Positions 1-10,441 of a stretch of 64,000 bases of DNA are shown in pieces. Source of the DNA: an uncultured Methanotrichaceae archaeon. Lineage in GTDB: Archaea > Halobacteriota > Methanosarcinia > Methanotrichales > Methanotrichaceae. Under the pieces are notes generated by a model. That model had not been told where the DNA came from. It did no database searches and worked only from the letters and a program-made list of their open reading frames with translations. Location: contig CAZHNU010000005.1 of the NCBI GenBank assembly GCA_964534145.1, positions 29,234 through 93,233 of the forward strand, given 5' to 3'. How positions within the stretch are numbered: the stretch's first letter is position 1; the number at the start of each line of letters is the position of its first letter. The position numbers were made by a program, and so were the translations under genes.

Positions 1-516
1 ATGAACGAGGGTGACGTCATGCAGGCTCATGCTGCGCAACTCCAGATATCTGCCAAGGTAAAATTCCGGCTCTGTCCCACGCATAAGGCCTATTTTTTTC
101 CCTTTAAGATCTATGGCGTTTTTAGATCCGCTATCTCTGGAGGCAATCAGATAAGTTCCCTCATACTTATCAATACATGCGATTATGCTGATATTATCCT
201 TTTTAAGCGCCGTTATCACTATGGGGTACTCGGCGGATACAGAGATATCGACGTCGCCCTTTTCCATCCCGGCGATCGCCTCAGGCCCTGAGCTATAACC
301 GTCTTTTATGGTCGCAAAAAGGCCGTTCCCGGCAAAGAAGCCGCGATCTTCTGCGATATAGATCAATGAGGATGATTCGGCACACTGTGTTCCAATCTTT
401 AGCGGCTCATGTTTGCCAAGATAAGTTGCCTGAGGGCCGGGAATTGGCCACTGTGCAAGCCCCACCAGCGAGATCGCAAAGATAACTGACATCGCGGCCA
501 TAATGATTTTTACCAT
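1..516 (-). CDS. ABC transporter substrate-binding protein, NMT1/THI5-like (NitT/TauT type); its 3' part runs off the window
   Basis: Absent from the ORF track because there is no in-window stop. My reverse-complement translation from the ATG (cat at 514-516) gives MVKIIMAAMSVIFAISLVGLAQW (signal/anchor), then ...IGTQCAESSSLIYIAEDRGFFAGNGL...GMEKGDVDISVSAEYPIV...KGKKIGLMRGTEPEFYLGRYL. The frame stays open to nt 1. Confidence 0.6.
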   Translation of the reverse strand, partial: MVKIIMAAMSVIFAISLVGLAQWPIPGPQATYLGKHEPLKIGTQCAESSSLIYIAEDRGFFAGNGLFATIKDGYSSGPEAIAGMEKGDVDISVSAEYPIVITALKKDNISIIACIDKYEGTYLIASRDSGSKNAIDLKGKKIGLMRGTEPEFYLGRYLELRSMSLHDVTLVH

Positions 517-920
517 AATCTTTCTCCAAACACGATTTTGTGGTCACGGGCGCTCTCACCTCAACCGATTCATGCTTGCGATGAGGGCCTTCTTTGGTTC
601 TTCGCTGTTATGTATGGGTAAACCTGAGCCAGAATTTCTCTTTCTCTGTGTCGCCTTGCCTCTGGAGTGAAATCGTGATGCTCAGACCTCATCACAGAGA
701 CACAGAGGAAATCCTTTCTGCAATGTTTTACCTATACAATTTTGCGGAGAGCCCCTTATTTGCACTGCTCTTCTAGAGGGGCTACTGAACGGCACACCTG
801 CCGCTCCGAGGGGATTTTATCTTATTGCTCGTAATCATTCAAAACTTTATCGGAGATATAATATCATGAAACCTGCGGCTAGAATCTGCGGCGATAGCTA
901 TTTAGGTGCGATTTGCAGGC

Positions 921-1988
921 ATGTTGTTTGCGATGCAGACGGTATCTTTCATCGAGTTGAACGGTTGGGTTGAGCTGGACGGCAAAAGGCTTTCGATTGA
1001 CGATTTAAATGCCTTACTATCGGAAGGCTGCGGCTGCGCCTCGAGGTTCGGCGGCGAATTTTTTTTAAAGTGGAACGGCTGCGCTGCGCGGGACCATTTC
1101 GGAATTGTTTCCGGAGGTGCTGCCGCAGGAGGAGTCGGCATAAAGGAGTCCTCTGATGCCAACTGCCCTCCCGGAGCTGTGGTCTGCAGCGGCAAAGAGG
1201 TCGCAAAGGTGGATCCTGCATATCCATTAATGGATCTGGGAACTGCAATCGAGACAGCCGTAAGGCTTAGGAGCGATGAGGGTGTGGTGGCGCTGTCCGG
1301 CGGCCTTGATTCAGCCCTCGTCGCATATCTGGCCAAACGAGAATGCGTGGTCGTTGGCCTTGCCGGCTCTCACGATTTAAGGAGAGCAGAACAGGTGGCG
1401 GCTATGCTGGGCCTGCCTTTGGAAATGGTCACCATCGATCCGGAGGATATTGAGGAGGCATTGGGCCAGGTCCTAAGCGTAATCCCGAGGACAGATCCTG
1501 TGAATGCATCAATTGCGGCCACTTTGTACTTCGTGGCCGAGTGGGCACGGAATCACGGCTGCAGCCGCATCCTGGCGGGCCAGGGAGCAGATGAGCTTTT
1601 CGGAGGTTATGCGAGATATCTGCAGACCGATACATTGGCCCAGGACATGGAAAGGGATTTTTGCGGGCTTCCTTTGCAGCTCTCAAGGGACCAGGCGGTG
1701 GCAGGGCTGCATGGAGCTTACTTCTCGCTACCCTACATGGATACAAGAGTCGTTCGTGCCGCCAGGGCCATTGCGCCTGAGAAAAAGGTATGCAGCGGAG
1801 TTCGCAAGCTGCCCTTGAGAGAGGTCGCAGCCCGCTATTTGCCGACATCGGTTGCCATGTATGAGAAGAAGGCGATGCAGTACGGCAGCGGGGTGATGAG
1901 GGAGATCCAGAGGCTGGCAAGGCGCAGGGGATTTAAAAATGATGTTGGCGGGTACATAGAGCAGGTCATTAGGGAGATTGATAAATGA
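921..1988 (+). CDS. Asparagine synthetase-like PP-loop ATPase, lacking an N-terminal amidotransferase Cys
   Basis: ORF 906-1988. It has the PP-loop SGGLDSALVAYLA and the AsnB C-domain signature GQGADELFGGYARY. The start is ambiguous (GTG 906, ATG 921 or ATG 933). Confidence 0.7.
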   Translation: MLFAMQTVSFIELNGWVELDGKRLSIDDLNALLSEGCGCASRFGGEFFLKWNGCAARDHFGIVSGGAAAGGVGIKESSDANCPPGAVVCSGKEVAKVDPAYPLMDLGTAIETAVRLRSDEGVVALSGGLDSALVAYLAKRECVVVGLAGSHDLRRAEQVAAMLGLPLEMVTIDPEDIEEALGQVLSVIPRTDPVNASIAATLYFVAEWARNHGCSRILAGQGADELFGGYARYLQTDTLAQDMERDFCGLPLQLSRDQAVAGLHGAYFSLPYMDTRVVRAARAIAPEKKVCSGVRKLPLREVAARYLPTSVAMYEKKAMQYGSGVMREIQRLARRRGFKNDVGGYIEQVIREIDK

Positions 1989-2088
1989 TGCAGGCTGCGG
2001 CAGCTTTCAATGCGGTTGTGGCAAGGCCGGCAGTTGATTTCAGGCATATTTCAGGCATGTATGCATGCAAAAATTAGGTCAATTGCAA

Positions 2089-2703
2089 TCATTCGATATC
2101 TACTGAACGGGATTTAAGCCCGGCCCCGCACTCGGGACAGTACTTCGCGTCCGCGGCGGCAGCCTGGCCGCAGCTTGAACAGAGCGTCTCTTTTGAGGCA
2201 GCTAAAGAAACATCCTCTGTGCCAGCCGTTTTTGCAGCAGCAGTCTCAGGTGTGACAAGATCCACGACGGACTCGCCCGGGGACTGGACCGGAACGCGCG
2301 TTCCTTCAGACGGGCCTCTCTTTTCGGAAATGTACTGCTCTACGACCTCGAATACCTTATCCGGAAGCTGGCTTTGTTTCCAAACGCCGTATGCCATGGT
2401 GATGAGCAGAGGATGAAGTATGAACACTCCCACCGCACCCACAGCCACCTTTTCGGCCCAGCTGCCTGCCTCCGTTTCCACGACCAGGTTGTTTCCCTTA
2501 ACGTCGAAGGTGATGTTCAAGGCGCTGGACATGCCCAGTATGTAGCGCCAAGATTTGGGCTGGCGCGCCTGGACTATTATTCTTCCGTCCGGAAGGTCAA
2601 CAATCTGCGCCTCGAAATCGTGAAGCTTGAGCCAGCTCGACACTTTTCTGGCCAGCTCTCTTTGATCTATGCCTGATGCATCAAATGTTCTCGTCTCTGC
2701 CAT
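2089..2703 (-). CDS. Membrane protein with a C-terminal zinc ribbon
   Basis: 204-aa ORF with a hydrophobic segment VAVGAVGVFILHPLLITMAYGVW and a C-terminal CSSCG...YCPECG knuckle pair. Confidence 0.5.
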   Translation of the reverse strand: MAETRTFDASGIDQRELARKVSSWLKLHDFEAQIVDLPDGRIIVQARQPKSWRYILGMSSALNITFDVKGNNLVVETEAGSWAEKVAVGAVGVFILHPLLITMAYGVWKQSQLPDKVFEVVEQYISEKRGPSEGTRVPVQSPGESVVDLVTPETAAAKTAGTEDVSLAASKETLCSSCGQAAAADAKYCPECGAGLKSRSVDIE

Positions 2704-3054
2704 GAATCAATCACACCCTTAATCTTGTGATATATTATACGGTCGGATTAAAAATAGATTTGCATGGATGAAATTAGATACAGTAATTGACGGCGAATGC
2801 TTCACTGCAGGGACAAATTAAAATAGTAATAACTTCCGTAATATTAATGAGGTGCGAAAATGGACTGCATGACGCTCTGTGTCTATGTCTGTATCGCCCC
2901 TGTAACCGCCCGCGGCATCGAGGATGATCCGCCTGATTACTTTTCTTTCGTGCCTTTTGGCTTCTAGCAGGCTTAACTGCCGCGACATGCACTGTGGCGA
3001 CCTAATTTGATATCTTTTTTAAAAAAGGGCACCACAGGATACGAGCCGTGACGG

Positions 3055-4014
3055 TCATTTTTTTATCTCTCTCTCAAGTCCTCTATTCATGAACCTCTCC
3101 CAATCCCAGGGCTCATCCAGGACATTCACCTCAACCTGTTTGATCCCCGCGACCCCCTCAGCGCGACGCCTTACCTGCTCTTTTATGTGATCGACAAGAG
3201 GACAGGCTTGAGTTGTGAGCACCATGTCCACGATGGCTCTGTCTCCCTCTACATGGACCTCTTTGATCAGCCCCAGATCCACTATGTCTATCCCAACCTC
3301 AGGATCGAGGACGTCCCTCAGTGCCTGCCTGACCTCCTCCTCCTTGGCAATTTCAGCAAGTACCTCATCTGCCCCGGGGCCTGAAGGCAGAGTCTTCTCG
3401 ATGGAGCGCAGCCGCTCCTCCAGCCTGTTCTGGCGGTCGAGAAGGCGGCTGACAACTCTCAGCATGGGATCTGGGAGGACTCCATGCTCCAGGTCGCGCG
3501 GAGGGCACTCCGGCTCGGCAATCCTGCCGGGCACTCCGACGATTGTTGCCCCTGGTGGAACAGGCCTTACAACCACCGATCCGGCGCCGATCTTGGCCCC
3601 TCTTCCAACAGTTATCGGCCCAAGGACGATGGCCCCGCTGCCTATGACAACTCCGTCTTCAATCGTAGGATGCCGCTTCCTCTTCTCAAGGCTTGTGCCT
3701 CCAAGGACTGTGCCCATGTACATCAGCACATCATCGCCGATCTCGGCCGTCTCCCCGATGACCACGCCCATGCCGTGATCTATGAAAAGCCTGCGGCCAA
3801 TCGTTGCTCCAGGGTGGATTTCGACTCCTGTGAGGAAGCGGGCGATATGGGATGTGAGGCGGGCGAGGAAAAAGAGCCTGTGCGTCCAGAAAAGGTGAGA
3901 TATCCTGTGCATCCAGATTGCATGCAGGCCGGGGTAGCAGGTTACGACCTCCCAGACAGTCTTTGCAGCCGGGTCTTTGGCGAAGACCGTCCGGATATCC
4001 TCTAGGATCCTCAT
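3055..4014 (-). CDS. cysE: Serine O-acetyltransferase fused to a C-terminal DUF59/MIP18 (SufT-like) domain
   Basis: The N-terminal ~175 aa are a hexapeptide-repeat CysE ([34 protein letters not shown]..., [24 protein letters not shown]). The C-terminal ~95 aa, [50 protein letters not shown]...[13 protein letters not shown], match the DUF59 pattern. Confidence 0.85.
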   Translation of the reverse strand: MRILEDIRTVFAKDPAAKTVWEVVTCYPGLHAIWMHRISHLFWTHRLFFLARLTSHIARFLTGVEIHPGATIGRRLFIDHGMGVVIGETAEIGDDVLMYMGTVLGGTSLEKRKRHPTIEDGVVIGSGAIVLGPITVGRGAKIGAGSVVVRPVPPGATIVGVPGRIAEPECPPRDLEHGVLPDPMLRVVSRLLDRQNRLEERLRSIEKTLPSGPGADEVLAEIAKEEEVRQALRDVLDPEVGIDIVDLGLIKEVHVEGDRAIVDMVLTTQACPLVDHIKEQVRRRAEGVAGIKQVEVNVLDEPWDWERFMNRGLEREIKK

Positions 4015-4066
4015 TCTCTGCCCCTTCCTTTTTTCATCTTGCAGTTTTTTTATCTTGCCGTTTTCG

Positions 4067-4993
4067 TCAGTCCTCGAAGAGATCAGTGCTCAGGTACCTC
4101 TCTCCGGTATCCGGCAGGATTACGACTATCATCTTGTCCTTGTTCTCGGGGCGGTCTGCCACCTGAATGGCAGCCCAAACAGCAGCGCCTGAGGAGATGC
4201 CTGCAAGTATCCCCTCCTCGCAGGCCAGGCGGCGTGAGGCGGCGAAGGCGTCCTCTGATTTCACCTGAATTATCTCGTCGATCAGATCCTGCCGGAGAAC
4301 CTCAGGAACAAAACCTGCCCCTATCCCCTGGATCATGTGCGGCCCAGGCTTTCCGCCTGAAAGGACGGGCGAGTCGGCAGGCTCGACGGCAACAGCCCGG
4401 AACCCTGGTTTTCGGGATTTGATCGCCTCCGACACGCCGGTGATCGTCCCTCCCGTACCAACGCCTGCCACCAGAATGTCCACCTGACCTTCTGTGTCAT
4501 TCCAGATCTCTTCCGCAGTGGTTTTTCGGTGGACCTCGGGATTTGCCGGGTTTCTGAACTGCTGGGGAATGTAGTAGTAGCGCGGGTCTTCCGACAGCAT
4601 TCTCTCCGCAGCAGCTACTGCTCCCTTCATGCCGTCCTTTCCGGGCGTAAGTACAAGATCAGCGCCCAGGGCCTTGAGGAGCTTTCGCCTCTCAATCGTC
4701 ATCGTCTCAGGCATAACAAGCTTTATGCGGTAGCCTCTGGCTGCAGCCACGAAGGCGAGCGCAATCCCCGTATTGCCGCTCGTGGGCTCGAGGATTACCG
4801 TATCCTTTTTGATGTGCCCGGCGCGCTCGGCTGCGTCGATCATGGCCACGCCGATTCTATCCTTGACGCTTGAAAGGGGATTGAACGATTCCACCTTGGC
4901 AAGGACTGTGGCCTCAAGGCCCTTTGTTATGCGGTTCAGGCGGACCAGGGGCGTGTCGCCCACGGTCCTGGTGAGATCCTCATAAATTCTCAT
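4067..4993 (-). CDS. cysK: Cysteine synthase A (O-acetylserine sulfhydrylase)
   Basis: [10 protein letters not shown], the PLP lysine motif [19 protein letters not shown] and [10 protein letters not shown]. It lies 52 nt upstream of cysE on the same strand. Confidence 0.9.
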   Translation of the reverse strand: MRIYEDLTRTVGDTPLVRLNRITKGLEATVLAKVESFNPLSSVKDRIGVAMIDAAERAGHIKKDTVILEPTSGNTGIALAFVAAARGYRIKLVMPETMTIERRKLLKALGADLVLTPGKDGMKGAVAAAERMLSEDPRYYYIPQQFRNPANPEVHRKTTAEEIWNDTEGQVDILVAGVGTGGTITGVSEAIKSRKPGFRAVAVEPADSPVLSGGKPGPHMIQGIGAGFVPEVLRQDLIDEIIQVKSEDAFAASRRLACEEGILAGISSGAAVWAAIQVADRPENKDKMIVVILPDTGERYLSTDLFED

Positions 4994-5220
4994 GGTATGC
5001 CTCTATTCTTTGAAAATCACTTTCTAATGCCATTATGTCTCTGACGATACTGCTCGGTCTCTTCCGTTCACGATCGTTAATCAAATATATCTATATAAAC
5101 GTTCACTATTAGGCTGCTTTTGCAGCAAATCGGATGTTTGGTAGAAATCTATATGAACGCCTCATTTGCCGGACAATTTAAAACCAGAAGCCCGAATTTT
5201 ATTCGACGTTCTTCTATCAG

Positions 5221-6180
5221 TCATTTCTTTAGCGCAGATGGATTGACAACATTTTGGGGTCTGCCTCTAACGAACATCTCCACGTTCTCCACGCAGATGT
5301 ATGTGCATTCGTCAATGGATTCCTCTGAGAGGAACGCAATGTGAGGAGTCAGCACTACGTTGTGCATCATAAGAAGAGGGCTGTCCATTGGAAGCGGCTC
5401 TTTCTCAAATACATCCAGCCCGGCTCCCGCAATCCTCTTGCTCCTCAGGACTTCCACAAGGGCATCCTCGTCCACAACGCCGCCTCGCGTGGTATTGATG
5501 AGGATGGCTGTTGGCTTCATCATCTTGAGCTGGGACATGCCTATCATATGCCTCGTTTCCGGGACAAGGGGCACATGAAGGGAAACCACATCGCTCTCCG
5601 ACAGCAGGGTATCCAGATCCACGAACTTCACTCCAAGAGACCTGGCCTTTTCAGTGCTGGGATGTGCTGTGACGGATAGTACGTTCATGTTGAATCCATG
5701 GGCGATCTGAATAACCCTTCTTCCAATATTCCCGGTTCCAAGAACGCCCATTGTCTTGCCCATCAGCTGGTTGCCTATGTAATATCTCCAATCGAATATT
5801 CCCTTTCTCAGGTCCATGTCTGCAAGGTGAACCTTTCTGAGCAAGTTCAGTGTAACGGCGAAGACAAATTCCGCCACGGAGTCAAAGGCATAGTTAGGCA
5901 CGTTGGACACGACAATGCCCCGTTTTGTTGCCTCCTCCAGGTCGACGTTATCAAAGCCTGTCTGCCATAAGGAAATCATCTTCAGCTTTGCCGCAGAGCG
6001 CATTGCTTTTTCATCGACTCCATATCTTCCGACAACCACAATCACTGCATCACCTATCCTTGAGGCAAACTCTTCAGGAGTTGCCGGAACGCTATCATAG
6101 ACCACAACTTTTCCCAGGGCGTCGAGCCTCTTCCTGTACTCTTCAGGCATGAATACAGGATCCGCCACGACTATCTTCAT
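5221..6180 (-). CDS. D-isomer-specific 2-hydroxyacid dehydrogenase (NAD-binding)
   Basis: GVLGTGNIGRRV Rossmann loop, LINTTRGGVVDEDAL, AGAGLDVFEKEP and TPHIAF. Confidence 0.85.
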   Translation of the reverse strand: MKIVVADPVFMPEEYRKRLDALGKVVVYDSVPATPEEFASRIGDAVIVVVGRYGVDEKAMRSAAKLKMISLWQTGFDNVDLEEATKRGIVVSNVPNYAFDSVAEFVFAVTLNLLRKVHLADMDLRKGIFDWRYYIGNQLMGKTMGVLGTGNIGRRVIQIAHGFNMNVLSVTAHPSTEKARSLGVKFVDLDTLLSESDVVSLHVPLVPETRHMIGMSQLKMMKPTAILINTTRGGVVDEDALVEVLRSKRIAGAGLDVFEKEPLPMDSPLLMMHNVVLTPHIAFLSEESIDECTYICVENVEMFVRGRPQNVVNPSALKK

Positions 6181-6338
6181 ACGTTGCCCCAGAAGGTCAG
6201 GTATTTTTCAGGGTTTTCTTCGAACCTTTTCTTGCAGTAAAGGCTGCAGAAGTAGTAGGGCTTTCCTTTGTATTCGGATTTGAAGATCGCGGACGTCTCA
6301 TCGCATTCCATCTTGCAAATAGGGTCGAAAACGACCAT
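6177..6338 (-). CDS. YHS (TRASH-like) domain metal-binding protein
   Basis: DPICKMECDETSAIFKSEYKGKPYYFCSLYCKKRFEENPEKY. An ATG at 6338 is preceded by GGAGGT; the ORF-track start is 6371. The stop overlaps the downstream dehydrogenase start by 4 nt. Confidence 0.7.
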   Translation of the reverse strand: MVVFDPICKMECDETSAIFKSEYKGKPYYFCSLYCKKRFEENPEKYLTFWGNV

Positions 6339-6484
6339 AGTACCTCCGGCTATTTCCATAATAAAATGCATGATTTCTTATTCAATTTTTCTATCATGAA
6401 GCGGATTATATATCATCGTTAAAGCTGTTTCTGCTGTCATAAAAAATTAAAATATTAATAGCATCTATATTCTCAATAGGTGAG

Positions 6485-7642
6485 ATGATCATGAAATTTT
6501 GTGCAGGTTTTGTAGGCTTCGACGGTACAGAGAGCAAGAGAGCTATTCCGGCAGTATTCCAGGTCAAGGAGGCCGAGGGAATTAAAGGTGAATTAAACGT
6601 CCTGCTCAGGTCGCCTCATGCGAGAGCCAAGAGCATGCTGCAGAAGTTCGTCAGGCTGTACGATGTCCGTGCCTTCCTCACAGATAATAAAGACAGAGCC
6701 GGCTGGGAGAAGGCAGGGGCAAGAATTGAAGGCGGATATGAGGACTTCTTCGAGGAATCAGATCTAATAGTGGTAGGAACTCCAGGGGAACAGGAGACGC
6801 CTTATGTAGAGGTCGGGGTTGCTCACGATTGCTCTGTGATGCTCATGGGTGGAGCCAACCGCACTTTAATTTTTCAAGAGCTGGAAAAGAATGGGATAGA
6901 GATAACGGATAAGATCAGGGAGGATCTAAGGAGAGAGTTCTTCTTCGGGCTGGAGAACTATGAGCTGTTCCAGAATGAAAGGTCCGGGCTGGTCCAGTGC
7001 ACCAGCTGCAACACAACAGCCATCTGCAGGGCGGTGCTGGCTTCAAGACCGATTGGCTTAAAGGCGATCCTTGGAAACCTCGACAGAAGGGTGGGCGATC
7101 CCCACAACGTCGTCAGGGCATCTCCGAGCGCAATAAGCTTCGGCGAGGATGTTGGCCATCAGGGCAAGGATGCCGGAACGGTCTTCAAGGACGTAAAGTT
7201 CTCGATAAGGGCGAGCAAGGTCCCAATTACCATACCTCATGTGCATCATTTAAGCCTCATCTTTGAGGGAAAGCAAAGGCCAGAGGACCTCCTTGAAAGG
7301 CTGGCCGATACGCGGCGGGTGGTGGTAATCCCTTATGAAGAGGAGGGCAGGAAACACGAATGGACGAGCGAGATCATAGAGGGCTTTCTATCAGCCTTCG
7401 AGAGGCCCATCTCCCCGGAGATCTTCGAGCTGCTGGTTTCTGATACGGTAATTCCCTTTGAGCTTGGAAGCTATACAGCAATGCAGGTCGTCATGATGGT
7501 GGAGCAGATGTCGCTTCCCGTGCCGAACTACGCCGAAGCCTACCTGATGTTTGCCGGATATCCTGCGGATAAGGTTCACGCCGCTGTCGACAGGGACCTG
7601 GGATGCGTTCATGGCGTGTGGCCTGACCGGTTGAGCGTATGA
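6485..7642 (+). CDS. Divergent archaeal type II glyceraldehyde-3-phosphate dehydrogenase-like protein
   Basis: The catalytic-Cys block CTSCNTTAICRAV matches VSCNTTGLCR of archaeal GAPDH. RRVGDPHNV, GHQGKDAGTV (versus SHHGPDV) and VPITIPHVHHLSL (versus VPTTLMHQH) also align. The N-terminal loop is GFVGFDGTESKR instead of INGYGTIGKR. Confidence 0.6.
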   Translation: MIMKFCAGFVGFDGTESKRAIPAVFQVKEAEGIKGELNVLLRSPHARAKSMLQKFVRLYDVRAFLTDNKDRAGWEKAGARIEGGYEDFFEESDLIVVGTPGEQETPYVEVGVAHDCSVMLMGGANRTLIFQELEKNGIEITDKIREDLRREFFFGLENYELFQNERSGLVQCTSCNTTAICRAVLASRPIGLKAILGNLDRRVGDPHNVVRASPSAISFGEDVGHQGKDAGTVFKDVKFSIRASKVPITIPHVHHLSLIFEGKQRPEDLLERLADTRRVVVIPYEEEGRKHEWTSEIIEGFLSAFERPISPEIFELLVSDTVIPFELGSYTAMQVVMMVEQMSLPVPNYAEAYLMFAGYPADKVHAAVDRDLGCVHGVWPDRLSV

Positions 7643-7682
7643 AGTTTGAGCGCATGAAATTGGGCATCTATTTCTTTTTTAG

Positions 7683-9812
7683 TTACATTTTAAGCAATCT
7701 AGCGTTAACAGCCACGATAACAGTGCTGACGCTCATCAGAATGGCCCCGACGGCGGGACTGAGCAGTATTCCGTAGCCGTAAAGCACTCCCGCGGCCAGG
7801 GGAATGGCAAAGGCGTTGTAGCCCGTTGCCCACAAAAGGTTTTGAAACATCTTTGAGTAGGTCTTCCTGGACAGCCCTATGATGTAGGCCACATCCCTCG
7901 GGTCGTTTCTCACCAGCACGATATCCGCAGATTCCACGGCAACATCAGTGCCGGCACCAATGGCAACTCCGACGTCTGCCTGGACAAGCGCAGGAGCATC
8001 GTTAACGCCGTCTCCAACCATTGCGACGACAAAATCCCTCTGGACCTTTCTTATGGCCTCGGCCTTCTCATGCGGGAGGACCTCTGCAAAGAAGTCGTCC
8101 AGGCCCAGCTCCTCTGCAACCCATTTGGCCACGAATCTGTTGTCCCCTGTGAGCATCATGCACTTCACGTTCATGGACTTCAACAGCTCGATGGCCTCCC
8201 TGGACTCTTTCCTGATGATGTCGGCCAGGGCGATGGCTCCAACAGGCCGTCCATCCTCAAGCAGGAATACAACAGTTTTTCCCTGCCGGGAGAGGCGGTC
8301 CACGCGCTTGTCCTTGACCTCTATCCTGTTCTCCTGCAAATATCCGGGGCTGACTACATTTTGCCTCTTCCCCTGAACCGATCCCTCCACTCCCTTTCCG
8401 GGAATCGCTCTGAAGTCCCTGACAGGCAGAAGCTCGATGCCCTTCTCCTTAGCAGAGTTCGCTATTCCTGCTGCAATGGGGTGCTCCGAGACAGACTCCA
8501 GCGAGGCGGTCCTTTTTAGAATCTCAGCCTCATCCAGCCCTGAGAAGGATATGATATCTGTCACGCCGAAGCGCCCTTCAGTGAGCGTTCCAGTCTTATC
8601 GAAGACCACAGCCTGGAGGTCCTTGGCTCGCTCGAAGGCCTGTCTGTCTCGAATCAGGAGGCCGGACTTTGCGGCAAGAGAGGTCGAAACGGCCACGACA
8701 AGGGGAACCGCCAGGCCAAGGGCGTGGGGGCAGGAGATGACCATCACTGTAACGGCCCTCTCCATGGCGAATGCCGATCCCATCTGGAGAACGAGCCATG
8801 CTGCCAGTGTAATGGCGCCGACGCCAAGGGAAACGATGGTGAGCAGTCGGGCTGCTCTATCTGCCAGGTCCTGAGTCTTGGATTTGCTCTCCTGGGCGGT
8901 CCTTACGAGATCTATCACCTGGGCCAAGTAGGTCTCGGCGCCGGTCTTTCTCACCTCGACGACCACGGACCCCTCACCGTTAATGGAGCCGCCAATAACG
9001 CCATCGCCGGATCGTTTGGTCACCGGCCTTGACTCTCCCGTCAGCATTGACTCGTTTACGCTGGTCTCCCCCTCGATCACCGACCCGTCGACCGGGACCT
9101 TTTCGCCCGGCTTGACCAAAACCCTGTCTCCGGGCTTCAGGGATTCTACGCTGACGTCCACTGCCTGCCCGTCCTTCAGGAGATGGGCATCTGAAGGCAT
9201 GATCTTGACCAGCTCCTCAAGCGCCCTGGATGCACCCATTAAGGACCGCATCTCGATCCAGTGGCCGAGCAGCATGATGTCTATAAGCGTTGCCAGCTCC
9301 CAGAAGAATACCTCTCCGGGCAGGCCGAAGGCCACGGCCGAGCTGTAGAAGTAGGCGGCGCTGATGGCAACCGCGATCAGGGTCATCATGCCGATGTCGT
9401 TGTCCCTGACCTCGCGGAAAAAGCCCTTCAGGAATGGATAGCCGCCATAGAAATAGACGAGCGTGGAGAGCAAAAACAGGACAAGGGCGGAGCCGCGGAA
9501 TGTAAGCTCAAACCCGAAAATGTCCTGGATGAAAGGCGAAAGGATGAGAATTGGGATTGTGAGAATCAGCGATATTATGAATCTTCTCTTGAAGTCCTCG
9601 GCCGCGTGCCCCTCGTGTTTGCCGTGACGCTTTTTCGCAGCTTTTTCCCGGTGTTGGGAGCCATTATCTGTGCCACTATCATGGCCTTTGCCGTGCGTAT
9701 CGTGTTCTATGCTATCATACTCTTCTTCGGCCGCATGAATCTCATGCGATTTGTCTTTCTCGGGCGAGTCTTCTCCTGTCATTCTCGCTTTTCTCCCGTC
9801 AACGGTGAACAT
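7683..9812 (-). CDS. copB: Copper-translocating P1B-type ATPase, CopB-like (CPH motif, His-rich N-terminus)
   Basis: [37 protein letters not shown], and a His-rich leader ([23 protein letters not shown]...HGKHEGH). Confidence 0.9.
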   Translation of the reverse strand: MFTVDGRKARMTGEDSPEKDKSHEIHAAEEEYDSIEHDTHGKGHDSGTDNGSQHREKAAKKRHGKHEGHAAEDFKRRFIISLILTIPILILSPFIQDIFGFELTFRGSALVLFLLSTLVYFYGGYPFLKGFFREVRDNDIGMMTLIAVAISAAYFYSSAVAFGLPGEVFFWELATLIDIMLLGHWIEMRSLMGASRALEELVKIMPSDAHLLKDGQAVDVSVESLKPGDRVLVKPGEKVPVDGSVIEGETSVNESMLTGESRPVTKRSGDGVIGGSINGEGSVVVEVRKTGAETYLAQVIDLVRTAQESKSKTQDLADRAARLLTIVSLGVGAITLAAWLVLQMGSAFAMERAVTVMVISCPHALGLAVPLVVAVSTSLAAKSGLLIRDRQAFERAKDLQAVVFDKTGTLTEGRFGVTDIISFSGLDEAEILKRTASLESVSEHPIAAGIANSAKEKGIELLPVRDFRAIPGKGVEGSVQGKRQNVVSPGYLQENRIEVKDKRVDRLSRQGKTVVFLLEDGRPVGAIALADIIRKESREAIELLKSMNVKCMMLTGDNRFVAKWVAEELGLDDFFAEVLPHEKAEAIRKVQRDFVVAMVGDGVNDAPALVQADVGVAIGAGTDVAVESADIVLVRNDPRDVAYIIGLSRKTYSKMFQNLLWATGYNAFAIPLAAGVLYGYGILLSPAVGAILMSVSTVIVAVNARLLKM

Positions 9813-9933
9813 TCTCGTTTTTCCGAATGCAAAACTGCAAATTGTTCAAGAAACTTACAGATCGAAGCTGCGTGACGAGTAGAATGCGTCCACAGCGTCA
9901 CCTATCATTATTAAACATTCAAAATAGTTATAA

Positions 9934-10369
9934 TTATCTTTTGAACGATCTTGAGAACTCCTGGGTACTCTCTGCATGAGGATCGTGGTCCGCCGAGAGG
10001 GCGTAGATATCGGGGACCTTCTGGTAGAAGCGCTTTTCTGAGGCCCGAATGTCCCGGATGCGCTCAAAAAGCTCATCGAAATAGTCTGAACCAAGAGCAC
10101 GCTCTCCCTTCAGCCACTCTGTGGCCCAGCGACGGAACTGAGCGTCCCTGTGGCTTCGCACCCTGTAGCCCACGACCAGGATCATTTCCAGGTTGTAGAA
10201 GTCTATCAAACTAGCTCGTGATCGTCATAGATGGTTGAGATGTGCTCGTTGATGGTGGGCACCGATACCTGGTAAAGCTCGGCCAAAAGCCGCTGGCTTA
10301 GCCAAACGGTTCCGCCTGCAAGCGGACCTGAATGCGGGACTTTCCGTCACTTTCAACCCGCCAGGACAA
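9934..10369 (-). pseudogene. Decayed RhuM-family (virulence/DNA-binding) gene
   Basis: My translation gives ...SDGKSRIQVRLQA, a frameshift, then GTVWLSQRLLAELYQVSVPTINEHISTIYDDHELV and a stop. The next frame reads IDFYNLEMILVVGYRVRSHRDAQFRRWATEWL...DYFDELFERIRDIRASEKRFYQKVPDIYA, and the reading frame stops prematurely. Confidence 0.6.
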
Positions 10370-10441
10370 ATTTTAAGAAGTCGGCAATAGCTATGGTATC
10401 CAGACCATCAGCAGCCCTTGCAGAATAATTTGGAGACATTC

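Noticed and set aside
1-291. 96-aa plus-strand ORF at the window start
   Set aside because: It is antisense to the better-supported substrate-binding protein gene (1-516, minus strand).
594-776. 60-aa ORF and an imperfect inverted repeat (tttctctgtgtc ... gacacagaggaaa, roughly 640-715)
   Set aside because: The translation is not protein-like and the repeat is short and imperfect. It may be a small dispersed repeat, but I cannot show other copies in this window.
2860-2967. 35-aa ORF (MDCMTLCVYVCIAPVTARGIEDDPPDYFSFVPFGF) preceded by GAGGTG in the 350-bp spacer downstream of cysE
   Set aside because: An RBS-like motif is the only support. The ORF is too short and unrecognisable to call.
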